A stretch of DNA of 6,604 bases from a virus (Duplodnaviria; Heunggongvirae; Uroviricota; Caudoviricetes), in the IMG/VR virus record IMGVR_UViG_3300029653_000099, one strand, 5' to 3'. The position numbers and the translations under genes are program-made. Positions 6,100-6,604 of the stretch are shown one piece after another. The first letter of the stretch is position 1, and each line of letters opens with the position of its first letter. A model generated the notes under the pieces. It was not told the origin of the DNA and searched no databases. It was given only the letters and a program-made list of their open reading frames with translations.

Positions 6100-6537
6100 A
6101 TGAAAACAATCGAACAAAAACTTGAACAGCGCCGCGAGTGGCAGAAGGCAGCCAGAGAACGAGCGATCGATCGGCAACGGGAAAAGTTGGCTGACCCCGC
6201 CTGGCGAGAATCGCAATATCAGAAAATGCGGGATTCTATCGACCGCCGTATCGCTAAACAGAAAGAGCGCCCACCAGCCAGCAAAACGCGGAAAAGTGCG
6301 GTAAAAATAAAATCTCGTGGCTTGAAGGGGCGAACACCGACGGCGGAGGAACGGACCATCGCCAATGCTCTTGGCACTCTCCCCTGCATTGCCTGCTACA
6401 TGCATGGAGTAATATCTGAAGAGGTGTCTCTGCACCATATCTCCGGTCGTACCGCGCCGGGTTGTCACAAAAAGCAATTGCCCCTTTGTAGATGGCACCA
6501 CCAGCATGCAGCACCGGCTGAAGTAAGAGGGGTTTGA
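6100..6537 (+). CDS. ref: Ref-like HNH endonuclease (recombination enhancement function); 145 aa from the MKTIEQ start, apparently shorter than P1 Ref
   Basis: N-terminus MKTIEQKLEQRREWQKAARERAIDRQREKLADP... and the HNH-like core (LHHISGRTAPGCHKKQLPLCRWHHQHAAP) match my recollection of P1 Ref. A highly basic N-terminal region precedes the core. The TTG at 5995 in the ORF track is an in-frame extension through the operator and terminator and is unlikely to be the real start. Confidence 0.75.
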   Translation: MKTIEQKLEQRREWQKAARERAIDRQREKLADPAWRESQYQKMRDSIDRRIAKQKERPPASKTRKSAVKIKSRGLKGRTPTAEERTIANALGTLPCIACYMHGVISEEVSLHHISGRTAPGCHKKQLPLCRWHHQHAAPAEVRGV

Positions 6538-6577
6538 GGGCCAATGATGTAAAAAACCACGCTAAGGAGGTAATTCA

Positions 6578-6604
6578 TTGTTTAAATTGAGATTTAACGG
6601 CCTC
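6578..6604 (+). CDS. Possible 5' end of a gene starting with TTG after a strong RBS (AAGGAGG 6564..6570, 7-nt spacing); runs off the window
   Basis: Consensus Shine-Dalgarno followed by TTG TTT AAA TTG AGA... Only 9 codons are visible. Confidence 0.3.

Noticed and set aside
6064-6544. Minus-strand ORFs of 147 and 96 aa, and the plus ORF 6122..6304, overlapping ref
   Set aside because: Shadow ORFs of the ref gene.
1-6604. CRISPR arrays, tRNA or rRNA genes, insertion-sequence ends
   Set aside because: No spaced direct repeats, no cloverleaf-like conserved tRNA motifs and no terminal inverted repeats with a transposase ORF were seen.

Overview
This window looks like the packaging–immunity–recombination region of a P1-like phage-plasmid (Enterobacteriaceae), in the order pacA(3' part)–pacB–c1(−)–coi(−)–loxP–cre–downstream ORF–ref. 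The anchors are a perfect 34-bp loxP site (4009..4042), a 343-aa Cre that appears near-identical to P1 Cre, a 283-aa C1 repressor, a 69-aa Coi, a 494-aa PacB terminase with Walker A/B motifs, and a Ref-like HNH protein. Several copies of the asymmetric 17-bp C1 operator (consensus ATTGCTCTAATAAATTT, from memory) lie where immunity-controlled promoters are expected. All family assignments rest on recalled protein sequences, lengths and synteny, since no database search was possible. Nothing here is a clearly new multi-gene system; the points worth a second look are local departures from the P1 layout as I remember it. They are: an interrupted pacA frame at the left edge; a 73-aa basic ORF with a strong RBS between loxP and cre, behind a Dam-site cluster and a 17-bp inverted repeat; a 13-bp perfect palindrome between coi and c1; a strong intrinsic terminator 5 nt before the ref start; a minus-oriented terminator and possible minus promoter between the downstream ORF and ref; and a Ref ORF that ends about 40 codons early, followed by a new strong RBS at the right edge. 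No tRNA, rRNA or CRISPR array was seen.
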